NCBI GenBank assembly: GCA_963832745.1
Contig: CAWHVC010000003.1
Coordinates: 768,001 to 832,000 of the forward strand
Origin: Candidatus Bathyarchaeota archaeon
GTDB lineage: Archaea; Thermoproteota; Bathyarchaeia; Bathyarchaeales; Bathycorpusculaceae
Length of the DNA: 64,000 nucleotides
Reading direction: 5' to 3'
In this document: positions 1-10,022 of the stretch, piece by piece
Layout of the letters: the number at the start of each line of letters is the position of its first letter
Position numbering within the stretch: the stretch's first letter is position 1
The notes under the pieces: model-generated
The model's database searches: none
What the model saw: the letters and a program-made list of their open reading frames with translations, nothing else
What the model was told of the DNA's origin: nothing
Translations under genes and position numbers: made by a program

Positions 1-420
1 ACGTTAGCCTTTTAGTAAGTCCTCCAAGTAGCAGCTCAAGTTCTCCAACGATAAAGAACAATAACATCCAAAACTGGAAACAATACTGCATCAAAACCGA
101 AACCGCAAGCAGACATTGATGCCAGCGGCAACTGGTGGGGAACAACCGACCTTCAAGCAATAAAGCAAAGCATCTACGACCAAACCTACGATTTCAACTT
201 GGGTAAAGTAACTATTACCCCCATCCTAAACGCGCCAGACCCCCAAGCACCAGAAATCCAGTCCATCCAAATCTCTCCAACCCCCACTTCAACACCTAAC
301 GCTTCACCAACACCTTCAATTCCAGAATACTCAACAACTGCTTTCCTTCTTCTGCTGGTTGCAGTAACACTTGCAATGGTAGTTAGTTTGAGAAAACATT
401 CCGCAAAATCTTACAAGTAA
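1..420 (+). CDS. 3' part of a secreted beta-helix (NosD/CASH-like) surface protein with Pro/Thr linker and PEF-CTERM-like anchor; partial, apparent frameshift near 100-110
   Basis: The frame of ORF 199-420 reads upstream as DIDASGNWWGTTD...IYD...FNLGKV; it ends PTPSIPEY + hydrophobic helix + basic tail. Confidence 0.6.
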
Positions 421-521
421 CAGCTCACTGTTTAAACCTCTCTTTTTGATTCTTTTAATCCTCACATGTCAGGCAAACTCCTATATGTAGGGTTTAGAAT
501 TTTGAATAGCAGCGATTAAAA

Positions 522-713
522 ATGAATCCTGAAAATTATAAAACAAAAAGACAAGGTCAGCCCAAACGCAACAGTCCACTATCAAAACGCAAAAGCCGTA
601 TGATTGCAAACGCCAAAGTCATGCCATTAAACACTTCACCAAAACTGCGCGAAATCTATAACAATAAAACTGAATGGGCAACAAAAGTGCTTCCTAAGCT
701 AAAAGAGCAGTAA
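522..713 (+). CDS. small basic hypothetical protein
   Basis: 63-aa ATG ORF with a TATA-like ctatat upstream; no recognisable motif. Confidence 0.35.
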   Translation: MNPENYKTKRQGQPKRNSPLSKRKSRMIANAKVMPLNTSPKLREIYNNKTEWATKVLPKLKEQ

Positions 714-773
714 AGCCATGCTGCAAAGGCTGGCTTAAGATTTTTCTAATCAAATTTTTAGAAGTAACTGCAT

Positions 774-962
774 TTACTTTTCTTCTTCAAAGATAAACAC
801 GTCTTCTATAGTTGTATTGAGTACTTTTGCAATGTCATGTGCCAACTGGAGGCTGGGGTTGTATTTTCCTTTTTCAAGGAAAAGTATGGTTTCTCTTCTG
901 ACTCCTACCATCTGAGCCAACTGCTCTTGGGTTAGATGCTGTTTTTCCCGCAGTTCCTTCAT
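774..962 (-). CDS. XRE/Cro-family HTH transcriptional regulator
   Basis: [32 protein letters not shown]...IEDVF is typical of HTH_3; the start may lie a few codons upstream (..FRTRMKELR). Confidence 0.9.
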   Translation of the reverse strand: MKELREKQHLTQEQLAQMVGVRRETILFLEKGKYNPSLQLAHDIAKVLNTTIEDVFIFEEEK

Positions 963-982
963 ACGTGTTCTAAAAGGAATTG

Positions 983-1327
983 TTAATCTCCTCTCCAGTC
1001 ATAATACACAAAGAAGCCAACGAAGGATAACAGGGCTGTAATGGGAATCACTTCAAACGCCAGCGTAAATACGTTGGTGCGGCTTAAGAAGGCAACGCTT
1101 AACATGGAAGGAATTAGAAAGACGAAGAATGCATTTCGGCAGGCTTTGGTGACGTTTACGTTCCAGCGTTCATCACTTAGGCTGGTTCCTTCTTTAGTTT
1201 TGGGTCTGGCAAATACAAAGAAGAAAAACAGCATGAAAAACACGTAGAAAAAAGTGTAGTCAGATACTAAGCTTACAAGGCCAAGCAATCCAAAGAAGCC
1301 AAAGTATCTTTCATCAATTTTTCCCAT
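983..1327 (-). CDS. small membrane protein, DUF3796/DUF2178-like
   Basis: [10 protein letters not shown]...[16 protein letters not shown] pattern, several TM segments, adjacent to an XRE HTH; start taken at ATG 1327. Confidence 0.65.
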   Translation of the reverse strand: MGKIDERYFGFFGLLGLVSLVSDYTFFYVFFMLFFFFVFARPKTKEGTSLSDERWNVNVTKACRNAFFVFLIPSMLSVAFLSRTNVFTLAFEVIPITALLSFVGFFVYYDWRGD

Positions 1328-1338
1328 AGCGCTGTCTC

Positions 1339-1578
1339 CTAAATTGTGAATGCTCCTATAGCCCATAGCGCCGGAATCACCACTCCCAAGATGCCTAAAA
1401 AGCTTAGGTATTTGAGTTCTTCTTTCCAGTAGTGGAACAGGTAGAAGAGGCTGAAGAAGCCGAATAGGAACAGGTATAGTGGATTGCCTGTTTGAAGTGC
1501 TCTTAATGCTTCTAGTCCGATGAAGCCTGAGAAGCCATAGCAGCCGTTGGTCCAGTAATATTTTCCTTTTGGGTTCAT
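1339..1578 (-). CDS. small membrane protein (DUF3796-like)
   Basis: 79 aa, hydrophobic, GFSGFIG and YLSFLGILG motifs; first gene of the putative operon. Confidence 0.6.
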   Translation of the reverse strand: MNPKGKYYWTNGCYGFSGFIGLEALRALQTGNPLYLFLFGFFSLFYLFHYWKEELKYLSFLGILGVVIPALWAIGAFTI

Positions 1579-1590
1579 TTTTAAGCCACT

Positions 1591-1637
1591 ACGTTAAATA
1601 TTTCTAACGTTATATATTTCTAACATTAAATATTTAA
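1591..1637. promoter_or_regulatory. tandem 16-bp operator repeats (GTTA-N8-TAAC) over the promoter of the XRE operon
   Basis: acgttaaatatttcta / acgttatatatttcta / acattaaatattt immediately upstream of the ATG at 1578. Confidence 0.65.
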
Positions 1638-1793
1638 TTTAAACATTTCTGTTAAAAAATTTCTAAACTAAAAGCAACAAAAGAAGCGTTATGCCCTTGC
1701 TTTACTGTTTAAGCGACAAAGAACAGTTTAATGCGCCCGTTAGAGCCCCTATGAATTTCGACACCAACGCCATCCTTTGATTCTATTGCCATC

Positions 1794-1862
1794 CACCAAC
1801 CTATTTGGCATCTATTAGGCTCCAAATAACAGTTCTATGCAGAAACCTATAGGGAGTCTACC
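1794..1862 (+). repeat. dispersed intergenic repeat family 1, copy A
   Basis: caccaacctatttggcatctatt...gttctatgcagaaacctatag; 21-bp core identical to the reverse complement of 31873-31893. Confidence 0.8.
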
Positions 1863-2115
1863 TTTCGAAATAGTTGTAGATTCTACCCACATTTTTCTGC
1901 CACTAAAACAGCAAAACACCAAGGGTACAGATGCCAACAGCATTTTTCAACCCAAAAAATCCCGAAATCGTTGCCTCAACTTGCCGTTTAGATGGTTTAC
2001 CCCTTTCTGGCTCAACATAACATGTGCTTGCCGCGGTAAAAAGTTTATATTCTTGTCTGATTTTTGCATTATTCCGAGATAAAGAAACAAAGTTCTATTA
2101 AGTAGGGATTAACAC

Positions 2116-3759
2116 ATGGCATATTTAACCACAACAGGCTCAGGACAACCCGTCCTTATCCTTAAAGAAGGAACAACACGAAGCAGAGGCAAAGAAGCCC
2201 AAAGAAACAACATTATGGCAGCACGAGTAATCGGTGAAGTCCTAAAAACCACGCTGGGACCACGAGGCATGGATAAAATGCTTATCGACGGACTCGGCGA
2301 CATCACCATCACCAACGACGGCGCAACCATCCTAAAAGAAATCGACGTAGAACATCCAGCAGCAAAAATGATGGTCGAAATCGCAAAAACCCAAGACGAC
2401 ATGGTTGGCGACGGAACCACCAGCGCAGTTGTCCTTGCCAGCGAACTTTTAAAGAAAGCAGAAGAACTGCTTGACCAAAATATTCACCCAACAATCCTAG
2501 TCAGTGGCTACCGAAAAGCAGCCCAAAAAGCAATCGAGTCAATAGGCAAAATCGCTGAACCATTAGATGTTAACGACCGCAACATTCTGCTTAAAGTAGC
2601 ATTAACATCAACAAGCAGCAAATCAGTCGGCAGCGCAAGAGAACACCTTGCAGAAATCGCCATTGACGCGGTTAAACAAATCGCTGAAGTACGCGGAGAA
2701 AAAACAATCGCCGACATAGACAACATCCAACTAATCAAGAAAACAGGCAAAAGCCTACTTGAAACACAACTGATCAAAGGCATCATCGTTGACAAAGAAA
2801 TCGTCAACCCAGGAATGCCAAAAAAGAAAGAAAACGCAAAAATCGCATTACTCGACTCACCACTTGAAATAGAAAAAACCGAAATCAGCGCAGAAATCAG
2901 AATCAAAGACCCAACCCAAATGAAAGCATTCCTAGACCAAGAAACAGGCATGCTAAAAGAAATGGCTGACAAACTAAAAGCCGCAGGCGCAGACGTTATC
3001 TTCTGCCAAAAAGGCATTGACGACATGGTACAACACTTCCTATCCAAAGAAGGCATCATTGCAGCACGACGCGTAAAAGAATCAGACATGGAAAAACTAT
3101 CACGCGCAACAGGTGCAAGAATCAGCAGCGACCTAGACGACCTAAAGAAAGAAGACCTCGGCCTAGCCGGTTTAGTTGAAGAACGCAAAATCGGCGATGA
3201 CAAAATGATATTCGTCGAAAAATGCAAAGACCCACACAGCGTAGCAATCCTCCTCCGCGCAGGACTCGAACGCATGGTTGACGAAGCCGAACGCGCAATG
3301 ATCGATTCACTCTCAGTCGTTTCAGACGTAGTTGAAAACAACAAAATAGTCCCAGGCGGCGGCGCAGTAGAAATCGAAATCGCAAAAGAACTCCGCAAAT
3401 ACGCCACAAAAGTCGGCGGACGCGAACAACTCGCAGTAGAAGCATTCGCAGACGCAATCGAAGTCATCCCAAGAACACTCGCAGAAAACGCGGGCCTCGA
3501 ACCAATCGACATTCTCGTACAGCTCCGCTCATCACATGACTCAGCAGACGGCAAAAACATGGGAATCAACATTTACGAAGGCAAACTGCAAGACAGCATC
3601 AAAAACGGAGTCATCGAACCAATCATGGTAAAAGAACAAGCAATAAAATCAGCAGCTGAATCAGCAGCCATGATACTACGCATCGACGACGTTATCACCG
3701 CCAAAGCACCAAAAGGCGGCGCCCCAGGCGGAATGCCCGGTGGAATGGGCGAAGAATAA
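2116..3759 (+). CDS. ths: thermosome (group II chaperonin) subunit
   Basis: [23 protein letters not shown] motifs, GGM tail; 547 aa. Confidence 0.97.
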   Translation: MAYLTTTGSGQPVLILKEGTTRSRGKEAQRNNIMAARVIGEVLKTTLGPRGMDKMLIDGLGDITITNDGATILKEIDVEHPAAKMMVEIAKTQDDMVGDGTTSAVVLASELLKKAEELLDQNIHPTILVSGYRKAAQKAIESIGKIAEPLDVNDRNILLKVALTSTSSKSVGSAREHLAEIAIDAVKQIAEVRGEKTIADIDNIQLIKKTGKSLLETQLIKGIIVDKEIVNPGMPKKKENAKIALLDSPLEIEKTEISAEIRIKDPTQMKAFLDQETGMLKEMADKLKAAGADVIFCQKGIDDMVQHFLSKEGIIAARRVKESDMEKLSRATGARISSDLDDLKKEDLGLAGLVEERKIGDDKMIFVEKCKDPHSVAILLRAGLERMVDEAERAMIDSLSVVSDVVENNKIVPGGGAVEIEIAKELRKYATKVGGREQLAVEAFADAIEVIPRTLAENAGLEPIDILVQLRSSHDSADGKNMGINIYEGKLQDSIKNGVIEPIMVKEQAIKSAAESAAMILRIDDVITAKAPKGGAPGGMPGGMGEE

Positions 3760-3919
3760 ACTTCCCCACTTTAACCCTTTTTAATTTTATATTACTTGTT
3801 AAACTGTTTTTTGCCTCTAGTTTTCACTTTAACTGTTGCTTTTTACACGTTTCTGCTGATGCTTCACGAAAACGTATTTATGTTTAAAGGCTTACCCTTT
3901 TGCGTTAAATGCAGAATGC

Positions 3920-3997
3920 GCTCTGGTAGTATAGTCCGGTCAAGTATAGCGGCCTCTCGAGTCGCGGACCCGGGTCCGAATCCCGGCCAGAGCACCA
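3920..3997 (+). tRNA. tRNA-Glu (CTC), CCA encoded
   Basis: acceptor GCTCTGG/CCAGAGC, anticodon arm gcggc-ct-CTC-ga-gtcgc, T arm ccggg-TCCGAAT-cccgg, ends ACCA. Confidence 0.95.
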
Positions 3998-4067
3998 AAA
4001 ACTCTTCATTGCAAGCATTTGAGATTTATAGTTGTCACTCCTTCTTTGTTGAAAGTAGGCTTCAAGC

Positions 4068-4985
4068 TTGATGACGTTCAAGAAAGAACAAACTGTTGCT
4101 TGTATATCCAGCGTTAAGATAGGTGGACAACCCGGCGAAAACCCAACCTGCATCATACCCAGCATCTTCTACGATGGCCATAAAATCGTCAGCGACCCAG
4201 TCCACGGCATATTTGATAAGCAACAAGCAGAAACATTGCTAAACAGGGCTGAAGAGCTTTCAGAGAAAACTGGTAACCCCTTCTTCATCGACGTTATGGG
4301 AATCACTGTGGAAGCCCTAACCAAATACGTGAACTTTGTAACAGAGACAACTTCCGTTCCTTTTTTGGTAGACAGCATTTCAAGAGACGCCAAACTCCAA
4401 ACCCTACTGCACCTTCAAAAAAACGGTTTAATCAACAAAGTCATCTACAACTCCCTAAACTTCCTATCAACACCCCAAGAATACAGGACACTAAAAGAGT
4501 TAGGCGTTAAATCTGCAATAGTGCTGGCTTATAACCCTAAAGCGTCTTCAAGTGGCAGAGACGACGTTTTAGTTGGCAACAGTAAACAGCCGGGTCTATT
4601 GAAAGCAGCTCAGCAAGCAGGAATAACAAACGTGCTTGTGGATACCGCGGTAACGCAGATTCCCAGCATTGCCACCGCAAGCAAAGCAATCTACGAAATC
4701 AAGGAGAAATTCGGTTTACCCTCAGGCTGCTCACCAGCCAATGCCATTTCAACATGGAAAAAACTCCAAGACGGCGAATTCGGACCCGACGCCCTAAAAG
4801 TCTGCGTGGGCGCTTCTGCCTTATTTACGCAAACGATGGCTGCAGACTTTGTGATTGCAGGCAGAATTGATTATGCTGATGCAGTGTTTGCGGCTTGTGC
4901 TATGGGGGATGCTATTATTGCTGCTGAAGCAGAGAAACTTTGTGTTAAAATTTCTGCTGGGCATCCGTTTTACAAAATATTTTAG
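4068..4985 (+). CDS. MtrH/MtxH-family (methyl-pterin:corrinoid) methyltransferase
   Basis: FKKEQ...KIGGQPGENPT..SIFYDGHKIVSD...GIFD, VDTAV, GLPSGCSPANA motifs. Confidence 0.85.
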   Translation: MMTFKKEQTVACISSVKIGGQPGENPTCIIPSIFYDGHKIVSDPVHGIFDKQQAETLLNRAEELSEKTGNPFFIDVMGITVEALTKYVNFVTETTSVPFLVDSISRDAKLQTLLHLQKNGLINKVIYNSLNFLSTPQEYRTLKELGVKSAIVLAYNPKASSSGRDDVLVGNSKQPGLLKAAQQAGITNVLVDTAVTQIPSIATASKAIYEIKEKFGLPSGCSPANAISTWKKLQDGEFGPDALKVCVGASALFTQTMAADFVIAGRIDYADAVFAACAMGDAIIAAEAEKLCVKISAGHPFYKIF

Positions 4986-5163
4986 CGCTTAAACCCCAAT
5001 TTTTAAGCTAAACTTTAGTTCAAGTTCTGCTATAGTTTAATTTGACGTTGAAAGCTCGGCAAACTTTCGTTTCTTTAAAAGAAACTCATTTAAGACTGAT
5101 GTAGCCGTATGCCTTGAACAAAGTGTGTGAAAAGACCAGTGGCAAATAAAGGAGGCTACCAAG

Positions 5164-8100
5164 TTAAGCAAACAAAACTTCGCCGTTCCGGCAGGCCAAG
5201 AAAACAACGTTACAGTAGCCCAGCCTCCGTTAACTGCTGACGAAATTTTAGGCAAACCTGTACAGGAATTATTCAACCGTTTAGATTCTTCAATCAGTGG
5301 TTTAAGCTCCGAGGAAGCTGAAAACCGCCTTGAAGTTTATGGCCGAAACGAGCTTGCAAAAAAGCACAAACGTTCCGTAATCATCGAGTTTCTGATGAAC
5401 TTCAAAAGCCCACTTGTAATCATTTTAATGGTTGCAGGGTTAATCTCAGGCATCCTTGGCGAATTGCCCAACATGATTATTATTTTCACTATTGTCTTTC
5501 TTAGCGTTATTTTAGACTTCTATCAAGAGTCTAAAGCTGAAAACGCTGCAGAAATGCTAAAAGAAGCCGTAACAACGACTGCCACTGTAATCCGCGACGG
5601 CACAAAACAGGAAGTCAAGCTTCACGATGTTGTACCCGGCGACATAGTTTACCTTTCAGCCGGCGACATAACCCCCGCTGATGCACGAGTAATCTCTGCT
5701 AAAGACCTTTTCATTAACCAATCAGCCTTAACAGGTGAATCTTTCCCTGTAGAAAAAACTCCTTCACTGGTAAAAGTTAAAGACCCCACAATTACGGAAT
5801 GGAATAATTACCTTTTTATGGGAACATCAGTTGTCAGCGGTACATCAACTGCGTTGGTTGTTAGAACAGGCAGCTTAACAGAGTATGGTAAAATCGCCAA
5901 AAAACTTGTCGAGAAAGCTCCTGAAACCGAATTTGAAAAGGGCATCAAAAACTTTGGTTTCTTCATCATGCAGATAACCATACTTTTGGTTCTTTTCGTT
6001 TTCATGGTTAACGCTTTACTTCACCCTGACACACAAGGCATCCTAACCGCACTGCTTTTTGCGGTCGCACTTGCGGTCGGTTTGACTCCTGAACTCTTGC
6101 CAATGATTATCACCGTTAACCTGTCCCGAGGTGGTATTGCCATGTCCAAGAAAGGCGTCATCGTTAAACGTTTAGCTTCCATTGAAAACTTTGGCAGTAT
6201 GAACGTTTTATGCACAGATAAGACAGGGACGCTTACAGAAAACAGGATTACCCTTGTCCTGCACGTGGACCCAGAAGGCAACGATGATGATAAAGTGTTG
6301 CTGTACAGTTATCTTAACAGTTTCTACCAAACAGGCCTAAAAAGTCCTCTTGACGAAGCTATCCTTGTGCACGAAAAAATCGACACTGCAGGCTACCAAA
6401 AAATAGATGAGGTACCTTTCGATTTTGTCCGCAGGCGGGTAAGTGTTGTCGTAGAAAATGACCGACAAAGGTTCTTCATAGGTAAAGGCGCGCCAGAGGA
6501 AATTCTTAAAGTCTCATCATTCTGTGAAATAGGCGGTTTACCTGTTGACTTAACTGAGGAACTTCGTGAAAAGGCTGAACAGAAATATTACGATTTAAGT
6601 TCTGAAGGTTTCCGTGTTTTAGGTGTAGCTTACAAGAAGCTTAAGGAAGAAAAAACTGTTTACTCTGTTAATGATGAACGCGACATGGTGTTCATGGGGT
6701 TTGTGGCTTTTCTTGACCCTCCAAAAGAAACCGCCAAAGAATCTCTAAGACTATTAAGCAACGCTGGTATCGAACTTAAAATTTTGACTGGCGATAATGA
6801 GCAAGTTGCACGAAAAACCTGCGAGTCACTTGGGTTTGAAGTTAAGGGCGTTGCGTTAGGCAATGAAATAGCCTTAATGTCTGATGAAGCCTTAGCCCGC
6901 ATTGTTGAAGAGGACAATGTTTTCGCCCGTGTTACACCTGTTCAGAAAGACCGCATCATTACGCTTTTGAAAAGCAATGGTCATGTGGTCGGCTTCATGG
7001 GTGACGGCATTAACGATGCGCCTTCCTTGAAAAGCTCCGACGTAGGTATCTCAGTTAATAACGCTGTGGATGTTGCCAAAGAATCCGCTGACATTATTCT
7101 ACTTAAAAATGACCTTACCGTGCTAGCTGAGGGTGTGCTGGAGGGCCGAAAAACTTTCGGTAACACCATGAAGTATGTTATGATGGGTGTAAGCAGCAAC
7201 TTTGGAAACATGTTCAGTGTTGCAGGTGCTTCGTTGATTCTGCCGTTTTTAGGCTTTGACTTTTTGCCCATGCTTCCAATTCAGATTCTTCTCAATAACT
7301 TGCTTTACGATATTTCCCAGTCAGCAATAACAACTGATAATGTTGACGCCGAATATGTTGAGAAACCTAAACGTTGGGACATCGGTTACATCCGTAGTTT
7401 CATGATTTCGCTTGGTCCAGTCAGTTCACTGTTTGACTTCTTAACATTCTTCATAATGATGTTCTTCTTCCTACCATATGTAGCGTTGAGCCAGCAACAG
7501 CCACTGTTCCAAACTGCTTGGTTCTTGGAGTCCCTAATAACGCAAACGTTTATCATTTTTGCTATTCGTACACGCAAGTCGCCGTTTTGGAAGAGCAAAC
7601 CGGGAAAATACTTGGTCTTCAGTAGTCTTGCTATTATCGCAATAGCTGTGATTATTCCATTTACTACGTTTGGTGATACTTACTTCCTGTTTATACCGCC
7701 ACCGCCAGAATTCTTCGCTGTACTCGCCGGTTTAGTATTAGCTTACTTGGTGCTTGCTGAAGTGGTTAAACGTTGGTTCTACAAACGTAACTCTTATCGT
7801 GTTGAACAGGCGTTGGTGCCCAAGAAACGCGGTTTGTACCTGAGCAGACGTGCACGGCTTGTACAGGACGTTATCGCAGTGATTTGCCTAAGACTTGAAG
7901 ACGAAATCTCAATTGACTCCTTAATCGAAGACTTGACAAGAAGCCTCAATTACCCAATTAACCCTGACGAAGTGGCTCAAAACCTGCATCATCTTCGCCG
8001 CACAGGCTTAATCAGCATCGACTGGCACAATCGAACAATTAAACGCCAAGGCACAGTTAGAGAATACGTAACAGAGTACGTGGAAACTCAGGCGATTTGG

Positions 8101-8202
8101 CCAATGGTGTATGAGGATTGGGTGCGAATCAACAAGGCAATCTTTGACCGTTATGGCGAAGTTAACACTGAATACTCTGCATTGCTTACACAACAAAGAT
8201 AA
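5164..8202 (+). CDS. mgtA: Mg2+-transporting P-type ATPase (type IIIB) with C-terminal extension; start inferred at TTA 5164 (ORF track starts at 5395)
   Basis: TGES, PELLP, DKTGT, KGAPEE, GDGIND, SSNFGNMFS, LLNNLLYD; N-domain GLSSEEAENRLEVYGRNEL is in frame upstream of 5395. Confidence 0.92.
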   Translation, partial: LSKQNFAVPAGQENNVTVAQPPLTADEILGKPVQELFNRLDSSISGLSSEEAENRLEVYGRNELAKKHKRSVIIEFLMNFKSPLVIILMVAGLISGILGELPNMIIIFTIVFLSVILDFYQESKAENAAEMLKEAVTTTATVIRDGTKQEVKLHDVVPGDIVYLSAGDITPADARVISAKDLFINQSALTGESFPVEKTPSLVKVKDPTITEWNNYLFMGTSVVSGTSTALVVRTGSLTEYGKIAKKLVEKAPETEFEKGIKNFGFFIMQITILLVLFVFMVNALLHPDTQGILTALLFAVALAVGLTPELLPMIITVNLSRGGIAMSKKGVIVKRLASIENFGSMNVLCTDKTGTLTENRITLVLHVDPEGNDDDKVLLYSYLNSFYQTGLKSPLDEAILVHEKIDTAGYQKIDEVPFDFVRRRVSVVVENDRQRFFIGKGAPEEILKVSSFCEIGGLPVDLTEELREKAEQKYYDLSSEGFRVLGVAYKKLKEEKTVYSVNDERDMVFMGFVAFLDPPKETAKESLRLLSNAGIELKILTGDNEQVARKTCESLGFEVKGVALGNEIALMSDEALARIVEEDNVFARVTPVQKDRIITLLKSNGHVVGFMGDGINDAPSLKSSDVGISVNNAVDVAKESADIILLKNDLTVLAEGVLEGRKTFGNTMKYVMMGVSSNFGNMFSVAGASLILPFLGFDFLPMLPIQILLNNLLYDISQSAITTDNVDAEYVEKPKRWDIGYIRSFMISLGPVSSLFDFLTFFIMMFFFLPYVALSQQQPLFQTAWFLESLITQTFIIFAIRTRKSPFWKSKPGKYLVFSSLAIIAIAVIIPFTTFGDTYFLFIPPPPEFFAVLAGLVLAYLVLAEVVKRWFYKRNSYRVEQALVPKKRGLYLSRRARLVQDVIAVICLRLEDEISIDSLIEDLTRSLNYPINPDEVAQNLHHLRRTGLISIDWHNRTIKRQGTVREYVTEYVETQAIWPMVYEDWVRINKAIFDRYGEVNTEYSALLTQQR

Positions 8203-8226
8203 AAACGGAATTTGCCTAAAAAGGGT

Positions 8227-9330
8227 TTATTGGGCTATGCCCATAGTGTTGCCAACGCCGACAATTACAACAGTGTCAGCCTCTTTAGTGCGTTCCAAAA
8301 TGACCCGTTTAATGGTGACCGTAACATCATCTGCTGCTTTCTCAATCGCAGGAGTCATTGGAGCCAAAACTTCCTTAACTGACTGTTTAACAACCACAGC
8401 GTATACTGGAACTTTGTATTTGGCAGCTGCCTCTTCAATTTTGAATTGGTCAATTCCTGGACCACCAATTGCTGGGCCAACACCTTCAGATACGGTGCCT
8501 GATTCTTCGCCTTCAAGTTTAAGTGCTGCATCCATCATGATAACAAGAGCTATTTTGCCCTGATGTATATCCATTAGTTTAGTTATGGCATCACCGGTTT
8601 TGCCGACTGTTCCACCTGGACCTTTAGCTTTAATAACTATAACTCGTCTGCCCTCAATCGAAGTTTCTGCTCCAACTGTGTCTTGAGCTAACTCGAACTT
8701 TTCATGCGGCATCATAAGTCTTTGAGCTGTGAGTGGTCCTATGCCGTCACCAATTGGTTTTCCAGCCTTAAACGCGTCTGTAAATGCAACATATGCTTCA
8801 GCTTCCTCCAAAATGCTTGGAAGCCGCATATCAATTTCAACCAACGAAAACTGTGAACCACCTTTCTTGCCAACAATGTATGCTTGACGGACAACTTTGT
8901 ACATTTTATGTAGCTCCTGTGTGACTTCAACGAGATTTTGCAGGTTTTGCAGTTGCTGTTCGTTGGCTTGTGGTGCGATTGTTTTGATTTCATCTTTTAC
9001 TCTTTGGTCTGTGTTGTCAAGTACGTGTTCAAACCGACGAGTTACGCCTTTGGGATCCATAGTTGAGGGTCTAATGGTGAAGAACTGCATTAGCCTGTCT
9101 ATTTTTGCGTTTGTTGTTTTTTCGTTGGCTGGGTCTTTGGGCAATGCAGAGATGAGTTCTTGTTTGGCTTTGTCCCTCATGCTGGTTATTTTGGTTAAGG
9201 CTTTTGAAAGGTTGCGTGTGGTTTTGAATGCTTGGATTTTTGTTGAAAAGAAGAATGTGACCACGAAAAAGGCGATGTAGCCAACATACATTATTGTGCT
9301 TAGAATATCCGTTGGTGAAGATGCTGACAT
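8227..9330 (-). CDS. DUF1512-family protein
   Basis: N-terminal TM, PIGDGIGP, GPGGTVG, DAALKLEGE, VGVGNTMGIAQ motifs. Confidence 0.8.
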   Translation of the reverse strand: MSASSPTDILSTIMYVGYIAFFVVTFFFSTKIQAFKTTRNLSKALTKITSMRDKAKQELISALPKDPANEKTTNAKIDRLMQFFTIRPSTMDPKGVTRRFEHVLDNTDQRVKDEIKTIAPQANEQQLQNLQNLVEVTQELHKMYKVVRQAYIVGKKGGSQFSLVEIDMRLPSILEEAEAYVAFTDAFKAGKPIGDGIGPLTAQRLMMPHEKFELAQDTVGAETSIEGRRVIVIKAKGPGGTVGKTGDAITKLMDIHQGKIALVIMMDAALKLEGEESGTVSEGVGPAIGGPGIDQFKIEEAAAKYKVPVYAVVVKQSVKEVLAPMTPAIEKAADDVTVTIKRVILERTKEADTVVIVGVGNTMGIAQ

Positions 9331-9915
9331 TTAGTTTTCTCCTTGTTTTGTTTTTTTGCTTTCTTCTTTCTTTTCAATTTGAGATAGTTGCTTATTAATT
9401 TGAGCTAAATCTTCCTGCATTCTTTTAATCATGTCCTCAAGGTGAGCCCGTTTGTTTTCAAGCACTTTTTTTGTATCTTCTGGTTTGCATTTGCCTTCTT
9501 CAAGAAACATTGCAAATGGCGTTTTAGGAAGTTGTTCTTTGTTGACTTCTACATCCAGCACATCCTTCATGTACTCTTTAAGCAAGTCATACATTGTACT
9601 GACTAACTTGTTTTCTTTTGCTAAAGTATGTTCGAGAACTTTTTTGCCTTCAAGTGTTATGGCGTAAATTTTTCTTTTTCTTTTTGTTTCGCAGTCCCAT
9701 TCCCCGTTGATATATCCAGAGTTTTCCAAATCCTGCAGAATGGGGTAGATTCCGCCTGCTGTTGGTTTCCAAAAGCCGCTGGTTCTTTCATCTATAGCTT
9801 TCATCATTTCATAGCCGTGATGTGGCTTTTTGTTTAGCAATATTAGAACGGCGATTCTAATGTAGCCTTTTTGTGTCTCTTTTAGCCAGCCCGCGGCTTT
9901 CTCTTCGGCATGCAT
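9331..9915 (-). CDS. PadR-family transcriptional regulator
   Basis: LLNKKPHHGYE...WKPTAGGIYPILQDLE..GYI...RKIYAITLEG plus coiled-coil tail. Confidence 0.92.
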   Translation of the reverse strand: MHAEEKAAGWLKETQKGYIRIAVLILLNKKPHHGYEMMKAIDERTSGFWKPTAGGIYPILQDLENSGYINGEWDCETKRKRKIYAITLEGKKVLEHTLAKENKLVSTMYDLLKEYMKDVLDVEVNKEQLPKTPFAMFLEEGKCKPEDTKKVLENKRAHLEDMIKRMQEDLAQINKQLSQIEKKEESKKTKQGEN

Positions 9916-9951
9916 TTTCCTTTCACTTTGATATGGGACTTATATAGTTAC

Positions 9952-9988
9952 ATTACGTAATATTTATATCTTGACGCAATATATTGCG
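9952..9988. promoter_or_regulatory. palindromic sites in the divergent PadR/ABC promoter
   Basis: perfect palindromes attacgtaat (9952-9961) and cgcaatatattgcg (9975-9988) flank a tttatat box. Confidence 0.5.
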
Positions 9989-10022
9989 ATGATTACTATC
10001 TGGAATAGGATGTGCTGGATTA

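Noticed and set aside
1591-1637. Tandem repeats as a mini-CRISPR array
   Set aside because: 16-bp units with no spacers and no cas genes; better explained as operators.
1837-2082. 81-aa ORF upstream of the thermosome
   Set aside because: Starts inside repeat copy A and runs through the likely thermosome promoter; no protein-like features.
2508-3572. 354-aa antisense ORF in the thermosome gene and many similar shadow ORFs across the window
   Set aside because: They fully overlap well-supported genes on the other strand or frame and have no motifs; expected from codon bias.
3796-4071. ORFs spanning tRNA-Glu (and 48676-48873 spanning tRNA-Val)
   Set aside because: They overlap clear tRNA cloverleaves.
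5109-5117. ATG-CCT-TGA mini-ORF as an mgtL-like proline leader
   Set aside because: Two codons, no SD, easily arises by chance.
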